Shown here in pieces: positions 8,620-17,392 of a stretch of DNA of 32,334 nucleotides. Below the pieces are notes generated by a model, which did no database searches, was not told the DNA's origin, and was given only the letters and a program-made list of their open reading frames with translations. How positions within the stretch are numbered: position 1 is the stretch's first letter; each line of letters begins with the position of its first letter. The position numbers were made by a program, and so were the translations under genes. Source of the DNA: Myxococcales bacterium (GTDB lineage: Bacteria > Myxococcota_A > Polyangia > Polyangiales > Polyangiaceae); contig JAYTOU010000069.1 in NCBI GenBank assembly GCA_043747615.1, positions 1-32,334 on the forward strand. The letters run 5' to 3'.

Positions 8620-9621
8620 TCACGACGCGGAGAGGAAGAGCCACGCAATGGCCGTGCACACCGCAAATGCGATGGCAAGAATTCCAACCCGGAAGATCGC
8701 CTCACGCTTCATGCCTCTCGGCCGACGCGTTTGCTTTGTTGCGTGAATAATTTCAACGATCGGCGATGGAGACCTCGAGCCCAACGATTCGAGCGTGTTT
8801 GGAGGTCTGGCCTCTTCCACCACCGTTGCTCCCGCGCTCCGGGAGGCGACCGGGGCTTCGCTGTCCACCGCCGGCGAGGTGCCTTCGATCGGCGCAACAA
8901 GCTGTTTCTCGAGGAATTGCTCGAGCACACTCTCGAGCGCGAGATCAATGGTGATCACTGTCTCTCCAAGGGCCGCCATGACATCGGGCGTCCACTCAAA
9001 CTCCGCGTCTTGAAGGAGTGGGGTTGATCCAAGAAGAACCCCCTTGCTCGAGCCGGTATCGCGAAGGAATACGCGTCCACCGCGGCGCCATACATGCAGA
9101 TGGGTGCGCGAGGCCGCTGCATCGGAGAGGCACAAATCGCACGTCTTCGCGCGCCCGATCGCGTAAACCTTTCGATCCTCAACGAGCGCGAGCGTCGCCC
9201 GGATGTTGGCACCTTCCGCGATCCGCACCGTCGGAACCTCCGGGTGTCCGTGGCCGCGAAGGGCGTCCCGCAGCGCGTAAAGCGCTAGCTCTCGGGTCGC
9301 CTTCGGCTCATTGAGCGTCTGAGAAGTTGCGTCCTCACGCAACTCGAGCTCCGTCTGGCCGATAAGGATCTGATCCCCCGGGCGGATGACGCGGGGAACG
9401 CCTTTCCGGAGCGGAACGCCGCCCACACTCGTACCGTTGCTCGACTCCCCGATGATCAACCACTCCCCTTCCCACAATCGAAGCGTCGCATGTCGCGCTC
9501 CAGCTGCTGCGTCCTCGAGTACGAGATCGCAGGTCGGATCGCGGCCGAGCACGCAGCGCTCGCCGACGAGCGTGATAGAATTCTTGGCGGGGCCCCTGAT
9601 GATGTTCAATGTCAACGGCAT
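8620..9621 (-). CDS. Double-FHA-domain membrane protein
   Basis: Two FHA signatures (LGRDPTCDLVL...RHA...SSNGT and IGRAKTCDLCL...SRTH...SSKG) and a C-terminal TM helix. Confidence 0.9.
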   Translation of the reverse strand: MPLTLNIIRGPAKNSITLVGERCVLGRDPTCDLVLEDAAAGARHATLRLWEGEWLIIGESSNGTSVGGVPLRKGVPRVIRPGDQILIGQTELELREDATSQTLNEPKATRELALYALRDALRGHGHPEVPTVRIAEGANIRATLALVEDRKVYAIGRAKTCDLCLSDAAASRTHLHVWRRGGRVFLRDTGSSKGVLLGSTPLLQDAEFEWTPDVMAALGETVITIDLALESVLEQFLEKQLVAPIEGTSPAVDSEAPVASRSAGATVVEEARPPNTLESLGSRSPSPIVEIIHATKQTRRPRGMKREAIFRVGILAIAFAVCTAIAWLFLSAS

Positions 9622-9635
9622 GGGCGGACGGCACC

Positions 9636-11663
9636 ATGGCTGAGCCCGAGATTCGCTACGCGCCCGGGACGCTCATCGCCCGCAAATATCGCATCGAAGG
9701 CGTCATTGGCGCTGGCGGCATGGGTGTTGTTTACAGAGTGACCCAAGTGCGGATCGGAAAAGTGTACGCGTTGAAGACGCTGCATCAGAGTCTCGCGTCT
9801 CGCGAAGATTTCGTGGCTCGGTTCTTCAACGAAGCCAAAATCCACGCCAAGATCGACTTGGCGGAGGACGCTGACCTTGACCGGAAAGTTCACAAGAACA
9901 TCGCTCGAATCTACGACTGCGATTGCGCGGAAGATGGCACCCCGTTTTACGTCATGGAATTTCTCCAGGGCGCAAGCCTCCGCAAAGTGCTCTGGAACAG
10001 CGAGTCCCGTCGCTTCGACATTCGGCGCAGCCTCGACATCGCGATCAGCGTCTTCGAGGCGCTCGCGTACGCGCACGAGAGGGGGGTCGTTCACCGCGAT
10101 ATCAAACCCGACAACATTTTCATTCAGACGATCGGTCCTTTTTGCGAAGTGAAGATCGTCGACTTCGGAATTGCACGCATCCTTAGTTCTCCTGCGGGCA
10201 CTGGCGAACGTTTCTTGGGGACGATTGCCTATTCTCCGCGTGAGCATCTTCTTGGCAAGCCTCCGACGCCGAAGATCGACGTCTACGCGGCAACGCTGGT
10301 TCTCTTCCTGATGCTCGTCGGGCGTACACCGTTCGCTGCCCTCGGTGGGGAGAGGGCACTCGGTCAGGCCATTCTATCGGCCACGCCGCCGGTCGCCCCG
10401 CTGCTCACGACCTTCGGCGATTTCCCTGAATTTTTAGCTTCCCTTGTTGCCTCAGGGCTCTCGCACAATCCTGACGAACGGCCCACCGCGTACGTCATGG
10501 CTAGGCAGCTGCGGCGGGTGGAGGCGGAGCTCGGGATCGTAAATCCCATCGACGTCAACGCGACGATCGAAGATCTCTCGACGGCGGTGCACACCGTGGT
10601 TGGCGAAGAGGGCGCGCCAGCCCCATCGAGCACGGCAAAGGAACGCGACCGGCAGGCCATCGGGATCGCGGCCACAACGCCCGCCGTGATGGAGGAGGAT
10701 ACTAACCCGGATGAAAATCCGGCACCGAAGACGGATCCTGCCCCTGCCCCTGCTCTCGAAGCGCCGGCGGAATCGCGCAACGCGAGGCCAGCCACGGACG
10801 GCGCACGCCGCGGGGCAACGCGGATTTCTGACTTCGTCCCTCCGCTTGCTCTGTCCACGCCATCGGTGAACAGCTCTCCGCCCCGAAGTTGGGAGCCTCC
10901 GAGATCCGCACCCGAAATTGACCACAGCGCACACACCCGCGCGGCTCTCGAACGAGCGCTCGTGGCGGAATCACACGCGCCCACGCATACCGCTCCAATG
11001 CCTGATCGTCCGGCGACGCCGGAGCAGGCACCGGGTACTGGTGGGGACCTCTGGGCGGCGCGGGGGTTCGTGGACGCCGGAACGCCGGCGCGCAAGGCGA
11101 TGAACGACACGGAGCCGTTCCCGATCGATTTTTTGGCGATGCTTGAGAAGCGGCATCCTTCCACGGCGCCCGAAGCACTGCCTGCTCCGGCGACGGGGAC
11201 AGCTCCGCCAATCGTAACGATCCCCGAAACGCGCGTGCCGACGCGTCACATTTGGATGACCGCGGGGACGATATTCGCCGTTGTGTTCTTGGGGCTCAGC
11301 ATCACCTCTCTATTTTTCGCTGGATCCGCTGCTTCGAAGCGCGCTGCCCCCCGCTCTCCGGAAGTCGTCGTGACGAGTCCCGCAGCAAGTCAGCCAGAGC
11401 CTGTCGCCGTGACCCCGCCGCTCCCCGAACCACAGGTGCCCGCGTCAGCAGCGGCGGCGTCACCAGCTCCAGAGCTTGTGCTTGTGCCCGCGGTGAAGCC
11501 GAGCGCGCCCATCAAGCACGCCGAAGTACCGCGCCCGACTCCTTCGACAAAATCGAGCAACTCCGACCTACTGGAATGGAGGACGCCGCCACCATTCGCG
11601 AGTGCCGCGGAACAAGCAGCGCCGACGGCACCGCGAAAAAAACTGCCTCCCTCCGGCCTCTGA
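9636..11663 (+). CDS. Membrane-anchored Hanks-type Ser/Thr protein kinase, myxobacterial architecture
   Basis: IGAGGMGVVY, ALK, HRDIKPDN, DFG motifs; long Pro-rich linker, TM helix and Pro-rich tail. The APE region is atypical (YSPRE). Confidence 0.92.
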   Translation: MAEPEIRYAPGTLIARKYRIEGVIGAGGMGVVYRVTQVRIGKVYALKTLHQSLASREDFVARFFNEAKIHAKIDLAEDADLDRKVHKNIARIYDCDCAEDGTPFYVMEFLQGASLRKVLWNSESRRFDIRRSLDIAISVFEALAYAHERGVVHRDIKPDNIFIQTIGPFCEVKIVDFGIARILSSPAGTGERFLGTIAYSPREHLLGKPPTPKIDVYAATLVLFLMLVGRTPFAALGGERALGQAILSATPPVAPLLTTFGDFPEFLASLVASGLSHNPDERPTAYVMARQLRRVEAELGIVNPIDVNATIEDLSTAVHTVVGEEGAPAPSSTAKERDRQAIGIAATTPAVMEEDTNPDENPAPKTDPAPAPALEAPAESRNARPATDGARRGATRISDFVPPLALSTPSVNSSPPRSWEPPRSAPEIDHSAHTRAALERALVAESHAPTHTAPMPDRPATPEQAPGTGGDLWAARGFVDAGTPARKAMNDTEPFPIDFLAMLEKRHPSTAPEALPAPATGTAPPIVTIPETRVPTRHIWMTAGTIFAVVFLGLSITSLFFAGSAASKRAAPRSPEVVVTSPAASQPEPVAVTPPLPEPQVPASAAAASPAPELVLVPAVKPSAPIKHAEVPRPTPSTKSSNSDLLEWRTPPPFASAAEQAAPTAPRKKLPPSGL

Positions 11664-11715
11664 GCGGAGCATTTCGAGATGGGTAGGCGCAGAGGCGCCT
11701 GCAAAATTTTTAAGT

Positions 11716-11758
11716 TCACTCCGTGGAGGCATGGAGTTAGATCACTCCATGGAGGCAT
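11716..11758. promoter_or_regulatory. Operator-like repeat pair upstream of the MerR-type gene
   Basis: tcactccRtggaggcat at 11716-11732 and 11742-11758, each containing the palindrome ctccRtggag; preceded by AT-rich aaaatttttaa. Confidence 0.65.
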
Positions 11759-11760
11759 AG

Positions 11761-12201
11761 ATGACCGCACAGGACGGGTTCCCTACCCAAACGGCAGCGA
11801 CGCTCACGGGTGTCACTCGCAAGACGCTTGAGAACTGGGATCGGCGCGGCTTTCTAAAGCCATCCATCAAGGGCGCGCGCGGCCATGGTCTCTCGCGCAT
11901 CTACAGCTTCCGCGACCTGATCGCGATCCGCGTTGCGGACGATCTGCGCGCGCAGGGCATCGAGGTCCACAAGCTGCGCCGCGTCGTCGAGTACCTCCGC
12001 AAGCGCAAAGGGCTCGACTTTACGACGAGCGACGTGCTCGCGGGCACCATGCTCGTGACCGATGGCGTCGATGTTTACGAGGTCGACGGCAACGCTCGCG
12101 TATCGACGCTCCGGCATCCCGATCAATCGGCACTGATGGTCCCACTCGGGCGGCTCGTCGCGAAGATCAGGGCTGACGCCAAGAGCGTCCGCGCGGCCTG
12201 A
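11761..12201 (+). CDS. MerR-family HTH transcriptional regulator
   Basis: AATLTGVTRKTLENWDRRGFLKPS...RIYSFRDL...LRAQGI is a MerR HTH pattern. Confidence 0.88.
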   Translation: MTAQDGFPTQTAATLTGVTRKTLENWDRRGFLKPSIKGARGHGLSRIYSFRDLIAIRVADDLRAQGIEVHKLRRVVEYLRKRKGLDFTTSDVLAGTMLVTDGVDVYEVDGNARVSTLRHPDQSALMVPLGRLVAKIRADAKSVRAA

Positions 12202-12576
12202 AACATTCAGGCTCTCCCTCGAAACCCTTACTGACGAAGGTCCCAATGGCTTAAGCGCGAGACGCACAAACGAAACGGGCCGAGCTGTCACCGCTGCTAA
12301 CGGTGGCTGGCAAGGCCAGCAGGCTCGACCCGTCGTCTTTTGCAAGACCGACGAGACGAGCATAGGGGATCGTGTTCCTTTTTTCAAGGAACTGCGATGC
12401 GAGCCCCTGCGGCAGGCGCGCTGGTAGCGCCTGCACAGGAGTGGTGTGCCGTTCGAGCGTTCGCGCTCACGGTCGCCAGGGCTCTCGTGGCGCTCCGCGA
12501 CTGATGTGGACGCGCCGACTTTGCTCGATGCAGTGAATGTCTCTGACCGGGCTGGTCCCGGTCTTCGGGGTGCCTC

Positions 12577-13644
12577 ATGTCCCAAACTTCTGCTTCGGCC
12601 TTTGAACAGGCCGCCGCGATCGATGCCTTCGCGTCGACGCGAACGAACTACGAACGTTTCGCTTTCCTTCTCCTTCGTACTGGAAACATTCCCGGGCTCA
12701 CGCTCGCGCATCTTGATTTCCGCGTGCTGCTCTTTCTTCTCGGCCAGAAGCCTGGCCACTACGCGGCCCACCAGCACACGATCGCCAAGGCGTGCGATTC
12801 AAACACGACGTCGATTCGGAATTCGCTCGGGCGGCTACGCGCGGCGGGGCTCGTGCTCTGGGAGCTCATTCCGCCGCACCACGTGCTCCCCACGGGCCGT
12901 TTCACCCGGACGAACGTGAACCGCTATTGGGTGCACCTGCCTCGGTTAGGGACGCTTCTGGAGGGCCCGGCAAGACCACCGCGGAGATTGCCGAAATCGG
13001 TCGGGTCGACGCTGCCGAAATCGGATGCGTCTTATGGAACGGCATTTAACTTTAAACAAACACCCCCCCCTAACCCCCCGGACGAATCGTGGCGTGCAGC
13101 CGAGCATCCGGCAGACGGGGGGGAGGCGGTTTTACCGATGGGGTCGGAGCTCGAGTCGATTCGTGAGGCGTGGGAGAAGCTCGGACTCGGCGCGCTCGAG
13201 CATCGTTCGGTGCGTGCTCTCGAGAACCGCCGCGCCGAGGGTGCGACGCTCGAGCAGCTTGAGGCTGCCGTCGCCGGTGCAGGCAAAGATGATTGGATCC
13301 GACGTCGCGCGAAAGCCCCTTTTGCCGTCGTTTTCGCGTCGCGTGCGAGCATTGAGCGCTTCGCGCACGAAGGTCGGAAGATCCTCGATGCCAGTGCCTT
13401 CGAAGCGCGCCGCGATGCGGAGGAATGCCGAAAAGATCGCGAGTGGCGTAAGCAGCAACGCGCCGTGCTCCGGACCGAGTCTCCGCCCACCGCCGACGAG
13501 ATTCGGGGGTGGCTCCCCGATCTACGGCCCCCTCCCCCGCCGCCTATCCAACCGATGACGGTCGAGGAGATCGTGAAGCGTCGGGCGGAGCAGCTCGCGC
13601 ATGCGGAGGCATGGGCTCAGGAGAATGGCGGTGGAGGCACTTGA
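12577..13644 (+). CDS. Putative replication initiator (N-terminal wHTH; phage replisome-organizer-like layout)
   Basis: LDFRVLLFL...TIAKAC...SIRNSLGRLRAAGLV...NRY wHTH pattern; TPPPNPP linker; helical domain RRAEGATLEQLEAAV...DDW; lies immediately upstream of parA. Confidence 0.65.
   Translation: MSQTSASAFEQAAAIDAFASTRTNYERFAFLLLRTGNIPGLTLAHLDFRVLLFLLGQKPGHYAAHQHTIAKACDSNTTSIRNSLGRLRAAGLVLWELIPPHHVLPTGRFTRTNVNRYWVHLPRLGTLLEGPARPPRRLPKSVGSTLPKSDASYGTAFNFKQTPPPNPPDESWRAAEHPADGGEAVLPMGSELESIREAWEKLGLGALEHRSVRALENRRAEGATLEQLEAAVAGAGKDDWIRRRAKAPFAVVFASRASIERFAHEGRKILDASAFEARRDAEECRKDREWRKQQRAVLRTESPPTADEIRGWLPDLRPPPPPPIQPMTVEEIVKRRAEQLAHAEAWAQENGGGGT
12989..13062. other. Candidate replication origin inside the initiator gene
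   Basis: Direct repeat tgccgaaatcgg at 12989-13000 and 13013-13024, followed by AT-rich atttaactttaaacaaaca in an otherwise GC-rich gene. Confidence 0.45.
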
Positions 13645-13779
13645 TCCAAGGCGGAGCTTCGGCGAGCCAGCGGCATCCCCCAGGTCACGATTTTTGCCAT
13701 CGAAAAGAAGGCCACGTTCACTCTCGGGACCGAACGCGCGAAGAGCTCGCCGACAGCTGAAGCCAGTGCGTCTGTTAGC

Positions 13780-13804
13780 TGAGTGAGCTCACCTGACTCA
13801 CTCA
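13780..13804. promoter_or_regulatory. Candidate centromere/par operator
   Basis: Inverted repeat tgagtgag...ctcactca with clustered CTCA/TGAG boxes upstream of parA. Confidence 0.45.
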
Positions 13805-13966
13805 AGCGAGTTCGGGGGAGCGCGCGAGACGTGCCAGACAGCAGCGCGTACTCAGCCACCGCACACGCTGGTGCGCCCACAGTCGCGTGAGTCCGGGGCG
13901 TGCGCTTGGTGAGGTACCGCAGCTTTGTTGGCCCTCTTTGCTGCGTTTCCTACTGTCCGGCCCACA

Positions 13967-14650
13967 ATGAACACAACGCAGACGATTGCCGTCCTAAACC
14001 AGAAGGGAGGCGTCGGGAAATCGACGATTTCTCAAAACCTAGCTGCTGCAGCTCATCTCCACGGGCGCCGGACACTCGTCCTTGATCTCGACAAGCAAGG
14101 GACGACGTTCAATTGGTTCGCGCAGCGCGGGGCCGACTCGCGACTGAAGGGACTAGCGGTGCAGAAGGCCGACAAGGTTTGGAGCGTGCCGAAGTTTCGC
14201 GAGCTGGCGGGCAATCACGATTTCATCGTATGTGACGGCCCAGCGCGACTCTCAAACGTGAGCACTGCGGCGGCGGTCGCGGCAGACATCGTCCTGATCC
14301 CGATCCGTGTGGGGATGGGGGAGTGGTGGGCGTGCGCCGAGAATGACGAGATGCTCGACACCGCAGACGAGTATCGAGCACAGCTCGGCATCGGGACTGT
14401 GCGCCGCGTCTACTTGCTGAATGAGATTTTTCCGAACGTCACCGAAACGCAGCGGATGATCGACGCACTCACCGGCAACGTAGAGCTCCTTCCCATGGGC
14501 ATCCAACACCGCGTCGCTTATGCGCGAGGCCTTGGTAGCGGCGAATCGGTCCTCACTCTCGAACCGAAAGGCAAGGCAGCCCAAGAGGTCCTTGCACTCT
14601 ACAAACTCATTCTCGCGATGGGAGGGCAGACCGATGGCCGAGCGAACTAA
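13967..14650 (+). CDS. parA: ParA-family partition ATPase (short, type Ib/ParF-like)
   Basis: Deviant Walker A NQKGGVGKST, LDLDKQG, IVCDGPA, ADIVLIP; no N-terminal HTH. Confidence 0.93.
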   Translation: MNTTQTIAVLNQKGGVGKSTISQNLAAAAHLHGRRTLVLDLDKQGTTFNWFAQRGADSRLKGLAVQKADKVWSVPKFRELAGNHDFIVCDGPARLSNVSTAAAVAADIVLIPIRVGMGEWWACAENDEMLDTADEYRAQLGIGTVRRVYLLNEIFPNVTETQRMIDALTGNVELLPMGIQHRVAYARGLGSGESVLTLEPKGKAAQEVLALYKLILAMGGQTDGRAN

Positions 14651-14906
14651 AGGGCTGATCTTTGCGGTACCGAGCAAAGATCAGGATTTCATGAAGGCTC
14701 AAGAGGAGCCGTCAAAGGGCGACGACTTTCTGACGGTTTTGAAAGGCGAACCCGAGCCCATCGTGCGGGTTGTCGAGAAGGAATCGCGATTGACGGTCTA
14801 CCTATCTCCCGCGGTCCATCAGAAGCTCCGAGTGCGCGCGATCACGCGCGAGACGACGATCACGGAATACGTGCGCGCATTGTTGGAGCGTGATCTCGCG
14901 GAATAG
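14634..14906 (+). CDS. Ribbon-helix-helix centromere-binding protein (ParG-like)
   Basis: Flexible N-terminus plus RLTVYLSPAVHQKLRVRAI...TITEYVRALL RHH pattern; overlaps the end of parA. Confidence 0.8.
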   Translation: MAERTKGLIFAVPSKDQDFMKAQEEPSKGDDFLTVLKGEPEPIVRVVEKESRLTVYLSPAVHQKLRVRAITRETTITEYVRALLERDLAE

Positions 14907-15089
14907 CCTCGCTACTTCGTCGCTGCGATAGGCCTCGGATGGAAGACGAATCCGCGAGCGAGCGGAATTCGCCGAGCCTCTATCGCGCCGACAACGAAGC
15001 GCGCGCACGGCGTGGTCTCCCACCACGCTACCCACTACTCGCGGCGTAGGTTCCCACGCTCTTGGGGGCCTAAAAACAGGATGATGCTT

Positions 15090-15548
15090 TCACCGGCGAC
15101 GGCGCCGGGCTTCGTCGCGTTCCAGGTCGCGCAGCATCGCCGCGTACGCGTCGTCGTTCTCTGCCCGTGCGTCGCTGGTGCGGGGCTTGGACTCATCGCT
15201 CTGCTTGAGAACACGCGCGGGGGTTTTATTTACGTGCGAGCAAAGGGCGAAAACCTGATCGGGCGCGAGCTCCGTTTCGATGACGATTTGATCGATCGTC
15301 ATTCCTTCCCGCAGGGCCTTGTAGACGCGAGCGGCGAGGGGACCCGAGACAGGCGCTGCTAAGGGAGCGCGTTGTCCGCGTTTGGCGGCGAGGATGGCGA
15401 CCTCGTTGGGATCGAATCGGTGGACACCATTTTTATCGAGAACCCAACGAAGCTCGTGCCGCTCCTCCATGCGCCGAACGGTACTGATGTGGACGCCAAG
15501 CAGCTTCGCGACGGCGCAGCGCGTGAGTGAAAAATTGCGTTTGCTCAT
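15090..15548 (-). CDS. Excisionase/MerR-like HTH DNA-binding protein with a probable second HTH
   Basis: LTRCAVAKLLGVHISTVRRME...GVHRFDPNEV; then VYKALREGMTIDQIVIETEL; divergent from the structural-like operon. Confidence 0.8.
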   Translation of the reverse strand: MSKRNFSLTRCAVAKLLGVHISTVRRMEERHELRWVLDKNGVHRFDPNEVAILAAKRGQRAPLAAPVSGPLAARVYKALREGMTIDQIVIETELAPDQVFALCSHVNKTPARVLKQSDESKPRTSDARAENDDAYAAMLRDLERDEARRRRR

Positions 15549-15800
15549 TTCGAGTCCCTTCGACCGCGCGGCTAGAAACGTTGTGTCCTCCCGTCCGCAA
15601 AACGGCCGCCTGGACCCCAATGGCCGCCACGAGAAACGATTGTGTGTCGCCACACGGTTTCTAAGACGGGGTCGATCGAGGGAAATTCATGGATGCGAGT
15701 GGCGCGACATGTCGCCGACCTGCCGTTGAACAAACGGTCAGAATTGCGGGCCTTTTTTCGCGTCGATACGACCGCATGGGTCAACCACGGAGGCGGAAAA

Positions 15801-16307
15801 ATGGCGTTCGACACGAAGAGCATTACGAAAGCGAAGGAGTACGTCGAAAGAGCACGCGAGAAGATGGCGCGCGTTCGCGAGCACGCCGAGGAGGCGATCG
15901 GCACGGGGATCCAGATCGCGGAGGTAGGCGGCACAGCGTTCGGGTTCGGGTACGCGAACCAGCGTTGGGGAAAAGACGGCGAGGTCATGGTGATGGGGAT
16001 CCCCGCCGATCTTGGTGTCGCCGTGGCTCTACACGGCGTCTCTTTTATGGGCGGTCTCGGGAAGTATTCCGAGCACGGGCACAACGTCGGCACGGGCGCG
16101 CTCGCGTCCTACGCGTACCGGATGGGTACGCAGATGGGAGCCTCCGCCGCACGGATTGAAGCGGGACATCACGCAGGGCCGCAGCCGGCGAGCTTCGTCG
16201 CCTCTTCGCCTCCGTACGTCAACGGCGGCGCTCAAACGGCCGCGTACGCCGTGAGCGGCCTCAGCAGCGGCGGCACGCAATACACGGTTCAAGCCGAGCA
16301 CGGCTGA
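15801..16307 (+). CDS. Hypothetical protein with charged N-terminal helix and Gly-rich hydrophobic helices (candidate virion membrane protein)
   Basis: RBS ggagg upstream of ATG 15801; hydrophobic segments AEVGGTAFGFGYA, LGVAVALHGVSF and VGTGALASYAY; first gene of the operon. Confidence 0.7.
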   Translation: MAFDTKSITKAKEYVERAREKMARVREHAEEAIGTGIQIAEVGGTAFGFGYANQRWGKDGEVMVMGIPADLGVAVALHGVSFMGGLGKYSEHGHNVGTGALASYAYRMGTQMGASAARIEAGHHAGPQPASFVASSPPYVNGGAQTAAYAVSGLSSGGTQYTVQAEHG

Positions 16308-16339
16308 TCACACTTCAACGAAGCGAAGGAGCAAAGCAC

Positions 16340-16960
16340 ATGTCTGGACGAGATATGATCGTGGGTCGTGAAATGATCGTGGGAGCAGGGCAGGGGCACC
16401 ACGACTACGACGAGTTGATGGAGCACGCGATGGCGGGCGAGCCCGCTCGGTATCCTGAGGAGCACGAGCGCGCGCCGCAGTACACGCAACATCATCCGCA
16501 GCACCCCCAGCAGCAGCATCATGGCTACGCGCCGCAGTACGAAAGGCCTCGGCCGCCGCCGTACCCGCAGCCGGGACATCACTCTGAGGGTCCGCGTGTC
16601 GTGAGAGAGCACCCACAACACGCGCGCCAATTCCCAATCGGTTTCACGAAGAGCGCGATCGCGCCGGGCACCGCGACGGACATCGAGGTGAAGCCCCAAG
16701 TGCTATTTCGCGGGGAGCGCCTCGCGGTTGCGCCGAGCATTGCCCGCTACTTCGACGTGATCGACATCAAGGTGGGGAAGGACAGCCAGCTCGCCGCGAC
16801 GGGAGAGATGCCGGCCGAGTCGTTCTCGGCCTTGGCCGTGGGCGTGCGCCTCGAGCTCGATACGGCCTCGCCGGGGATCACCCTCACCATCACCGTCCGG
16901 AACATCGATACGAGCCCGCAAGACTTCAAAGCGGTCCTCTACGGAACGGTCCTGGAATAA
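16340..16960 (+). CDS. Candidate single jelly-roll major capsid protein with disordered H/Q/P-rich N-terminal arm
   Basis: RBS aaggag; the C-terminal ~110 aa show about 8 beta-strand-like segments (FPIGF, TDIEVKP, FRGERLAV, FDVIDIKVG, SQL, LELDT, ITLTITVRN, FKAVLYG). The fold is inferred, not computed. Confidence 0.6.
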   Translation: MSGRDMIVGREMIVGAGQGHHDYDELMEHAMAGEPARYPEEHERAPQYTQHHPQHPQQQHHGYAPQYERPRPPPYPQPGHHSEGPRVVREHPQHARQFPIGFTKSAIAPGTATDIEVKPQVLFRGERLAVAPSIARYFDVIDIKVGKDSQLAATGEMPAESFSALAVGVRLELDTASPGITLTITVRNIDTSPQDFKAVLYGTVLE

Positions 16961-16967
16961 CGCGCCG

Positions 16968-17372
16968 GTGTACGCGCCCCTCTTCGAGCTTCGCGCGTTC
17001 GACTCGATTAATGATCGCGCGAAGGCCGTGGTGCTCATTCACCTCTTGGAGGGGCTCATCGCCGCCGACGTCGCGTACCTCATCGACAACCCGAAAACGC
17101 CGTGGCTCTACGAAAGCGGCGTTGTCTACGAAGAAGAGCCCGACGGGCGCGACAACTGGCAGGACATTCCGCGGACGCTCGAGCTCCGGGTGGGGGACTG
17201 CGAGGACCTCGGATGCTGGCGCGTAGCCGAGCTCCGGGTCCGTGAACGCGAGCACGCGAAGCCCATCATTCGGAGCAGCATCATCGGACACCGCACCGTC
17301 TACCACGTCGCGATTCAACGGACCGACGGACGCCTCGAAGACCCATCGCGCCGCCTTGGGATGCGCGGTTAG
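16968..17372 (+). CDS. Transglutaminase-like cysteine protease (Cys-His-Asp triad)
   Basis: GDCEDLGCW (Cys), VYHVAI (His) and LEDPS (Asp) in the order typical of the transglutaminase-like fold. Confidence 0.75.
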   Translation: MYAPLFELRAFDSINDRAKAVVLIHLLEGLIAADVAYLIDNPKTPWLYESGVVYEEEPDGRDNWQDIPRTLELRVGDCEDLGCWRVAELRVREREHAKPIIRSSIIGHRTVYHVAIQRTDGRLEDPSRRLGMRG

Positions 17373-17392
17373 CACACAGAGGAGAAGGACCA

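Noticed and set aside
11854..12777. 307-aa minus-strand ORF
   Set aside because: Antisense to the MerR-like and rep genes, with no recognisable motifs.
15642..15800. N-terminal extensions in the ORF track (starts at 15642, 20524, 14520, 27049)
   Set aside because: Downstream starts with RBSs or stop/start overlaps (15801, 20737, 14634, 27106) are more plausible.
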